From an uncultured Alphaproteobacteria bacterium (GTDB lineage: Bacteria > Pseudomonadota > Alphaproteobacteria > Rhizobiales > Beijerinckiaceae), in contig CAVQHH010000006.1 of assembly GCA_963712225.1 (NCBI GenBank), forward strand, positions 30,557 to 94,556: a stretch of 64,000 bases of DNA. Direction: 5' to 3'. The first letter of the stretch is position 1; each line of letters begins with the position of its first letter. The position numbers were made by a program, and so were the translations under genes. The notes beneath the pieces are model-generated. The model did not search any database. It worked only from the letters and a program-made list of their open reading frames with translations, and was not told where the DNA came from. This document shows positions 62,001-64,000 of the stretch, piece after piece.

Positions 62001-62625
62001 GGACTGGAACGCGACGCTCCACGGGGGCAGGTCGAGGCCGTCGGCGACGAGCCGGCAGCTTTCGTGTAGGCGCCCGGGATAGTCGTCACCCTCCGCGACG
62101 ATGCGCGCCGGCAAGCTGTGCGCGGTAAAGAAGACGCGTTCGGGCGTGAAGCCGCTCAACGCCTCATACAGCAGCATACGCACGGCGGAAACGAAAGCCG
62201 GATGCGTGTGGAAGCCCGTGATAAAGATCAGGTCGTCGGACCACGCGGCGCGCAACGCCGACTCGTAACCGCCGAAGCTCATGCGCGCGAAGTGCGGCGC
62301 CAGCGGCAAGCCCGACGAGCCGCTCGATCCCGCGTGCGGCCGCCTGGGCCGCGCCGTCCGCGATGAACGGCGGGGCGTGTTTCATGCCGACGAACGCCGG
62401 CAGAGCGAGCTGGTCGCCGAGCGCAGCGGCCTGCTCCGCCGTCATCCCATTGAGCGGCGAGCCGCCGATGGCGTTGTAGCGCATCGCGAGATCTGCGAGC
62501 CGCTCGGGTGACGGCGCCCGGCCGCCGCGGATGTGCGTGTAGTAAGCTGCTACCGCGGCCGGATCGTCCGCCGGGCTGCCGTACGCCATGCACAGGATGC
62601 CGGTGCGCGGGTCAGGCGCCAACAC
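62001..62625 (-). CDS. hemH: Ferrochelatase, N-terminal part only, frameshifted
   Basis: [40 protein letters not shown]; breaks after AFQS. Confidence 0.85.
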
Positions 62626-63630
62626 GCGCCTCGTGTACCGTGTCGACCAGCAGCTGGAGGTTCGCGAGCGGCGTCTCCGGCAGCACGCCGTGGCCGAGGT
62701 TGAAGACGTGCCCCGGCCGCCCCCGGCGCGCCGCAGCACGTCTGCCGCGCGCTCGCGGACGAGCCGGGCGGGACCCAGCAGCACCGCCGGATCGAGGTTG
62801 CCTTGGATGCGCTTGTCGAGGCCGATCGCACCCCACGCCTCGTCGAGCGGCAGCCGCCAGTCGACCGACACGACGTCGGCTGGCCGACGCGATCGCGCCA
62901 GGAACGTCGCGGTGTCGACCCCGAAGTGGATGCGGGGACCCGAGGTCGTCCGTGCCGGAGAAGATCGCCTGGTGTGGGGCAGCACGTGTTCGTGGTAGTC
63001 CTCGACGGCCAGCGCGCCGACCCAGCTATCGAAGACCTGGACCGCGGCGGCGCCGACGCGACCTGCGCGCGCAGATACTCCGTCGCACGCCCGCGAGCTT
63101 ATCGAGCAGCCGCCGAACGCCGCGGGCTCGTGGTACATGAACGGCTTGGTCAGCTTGAAGCGGCTCGGCCGTCCCTCGATAGGTAACTGGCCAGCGTGAA
63201 CGGTGCGCCGGTGAAGGAGATGACCGGTACCGGTGAGTCGGCGACGACCGGGCGGACGGCGGCGAGGATCATCGGGGCCGACTCTTCCGCCGTCGGGACG
63301 CGAAGGGCGGCGACGTCGGCGGGCGTGCGGACCGGACAAGCGATCACGGGACCCACGTCTTCCACCAGCTCGAAGTCGACGCCCATCCCCGCGAGCGGCA
63401 GCATGATGTCGGCGAACATCACCGCGGCGTCCACCCCCAGCCGCCGCACCGGCTGCAACGTGACCTCGGCGCAGAGGTCGGCGTCGGCGACGATGTCCAG
63501 CAGCGTGTATCGCTCGCGCAGCTTGCGGTACTCGGGCAGCGACCGCCCGGCCTGGCGCATGAGCCAGATCGGTGTGGTGTCGACCGGCTCCCGCCGGCAG
63601 GCGCGCAGGAAGCGGTCGGATCCAGGTCAT
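62612..63630 (-). CDS. hemE: Uroporphyrinogen decarboxylase, multiple frameshifts
   Basis: [53 protein letters not shown]. Confidence 0.92.
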
Positions 63631-63639
63631 CCCGGGGTC

Positions 63640-64000
63640 TCCAAGCCGGCCCGGATTTACCGAGCCTGCCAGCTCGTGGTGGAGCCTGCCGAGTTCCAAT
63701 CGCCGCCTCGACCGTGCGCTCGATATCGGATTCGGTATGGCCCGGCGAGACGAACCAGGCCTCGTACGGCGACGGCGGGATGAGCACGCCGCGGCCCGCA
63801 CGCGGGAGAAGCCGGGATCCGTGTCGCTCGAGGACGCCGGCGAAGCCAACCGGATCGTCCACGGAACAGACCGTCAGGAGCGAGCCCACGCGGGCGACGC
63901 GCCCCGTGTTCGCGAACTCCCTCCTCGAGCGCGTCGCCCAGCGTCTCCAGGCGCGCGTAGGCCGCGTCGTCCAGCAGGCGCAGCGTCGCCTCACCGGCCG
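63640..64000 (-). CDS. hemL: Glutamate-1-semialdehyde aminomutase, C-terminal part (runs off window, frameshifted)
   Basis: RVGSLLTV, GVLIPPSPYEAWFVS..HTESDIERTVEAA; directly upstream of hemE. Confidence 0.75.

Overview
Alphaproteobacterial DNA, most consistent with a Beijerinckiaceae-like (Methylocapsa/Methylocella-type) methylotroph; this is inferred from gene content (hpn genes, xoxF, minCDE with a CtrA box, rpsA). Left to right: (1) a hopanoid side-chain cluster hpnN-K-J-I with extra GT2, CFA-like methyltransferase and AI-2E genes; (2) an IS-bracketed accessory block (about 13.1-24.5 kb) carrying a YcaO/SagB azole-RiPP cluster whose precursor has a signal-peptide-like N-terminus and an 86-aa Gly/Cys/His core with 17 Cys, the strongest candidate for an undescribed system; (3) a lanthanide-type xoxF-J-G unit, an EmrAB-type pump, an orphan Wzc and a prfC 3' fragment; (4) rpsA; (5) a PNPOx-truncated globin / ferredoxin reductase / FHA-reductase operon; (6) a DUF2126 transglutaminase gene, minCDE and gph; (7) a decayed island between tRNA-Val and tRNA-Gly holding a tRNA with a Leu body but a Pro (UGG) anticodon; (8) from about 62,000 onward, very GC-rich hemL-hemE-hemH genes that look foreign (chimeric junction or HGT). 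Frameshifts become frequent after about 38 kb, even in minE, so many apparent pseudogenes may be long-read indel errors. All family calls come from motif recognition; no database search was run.
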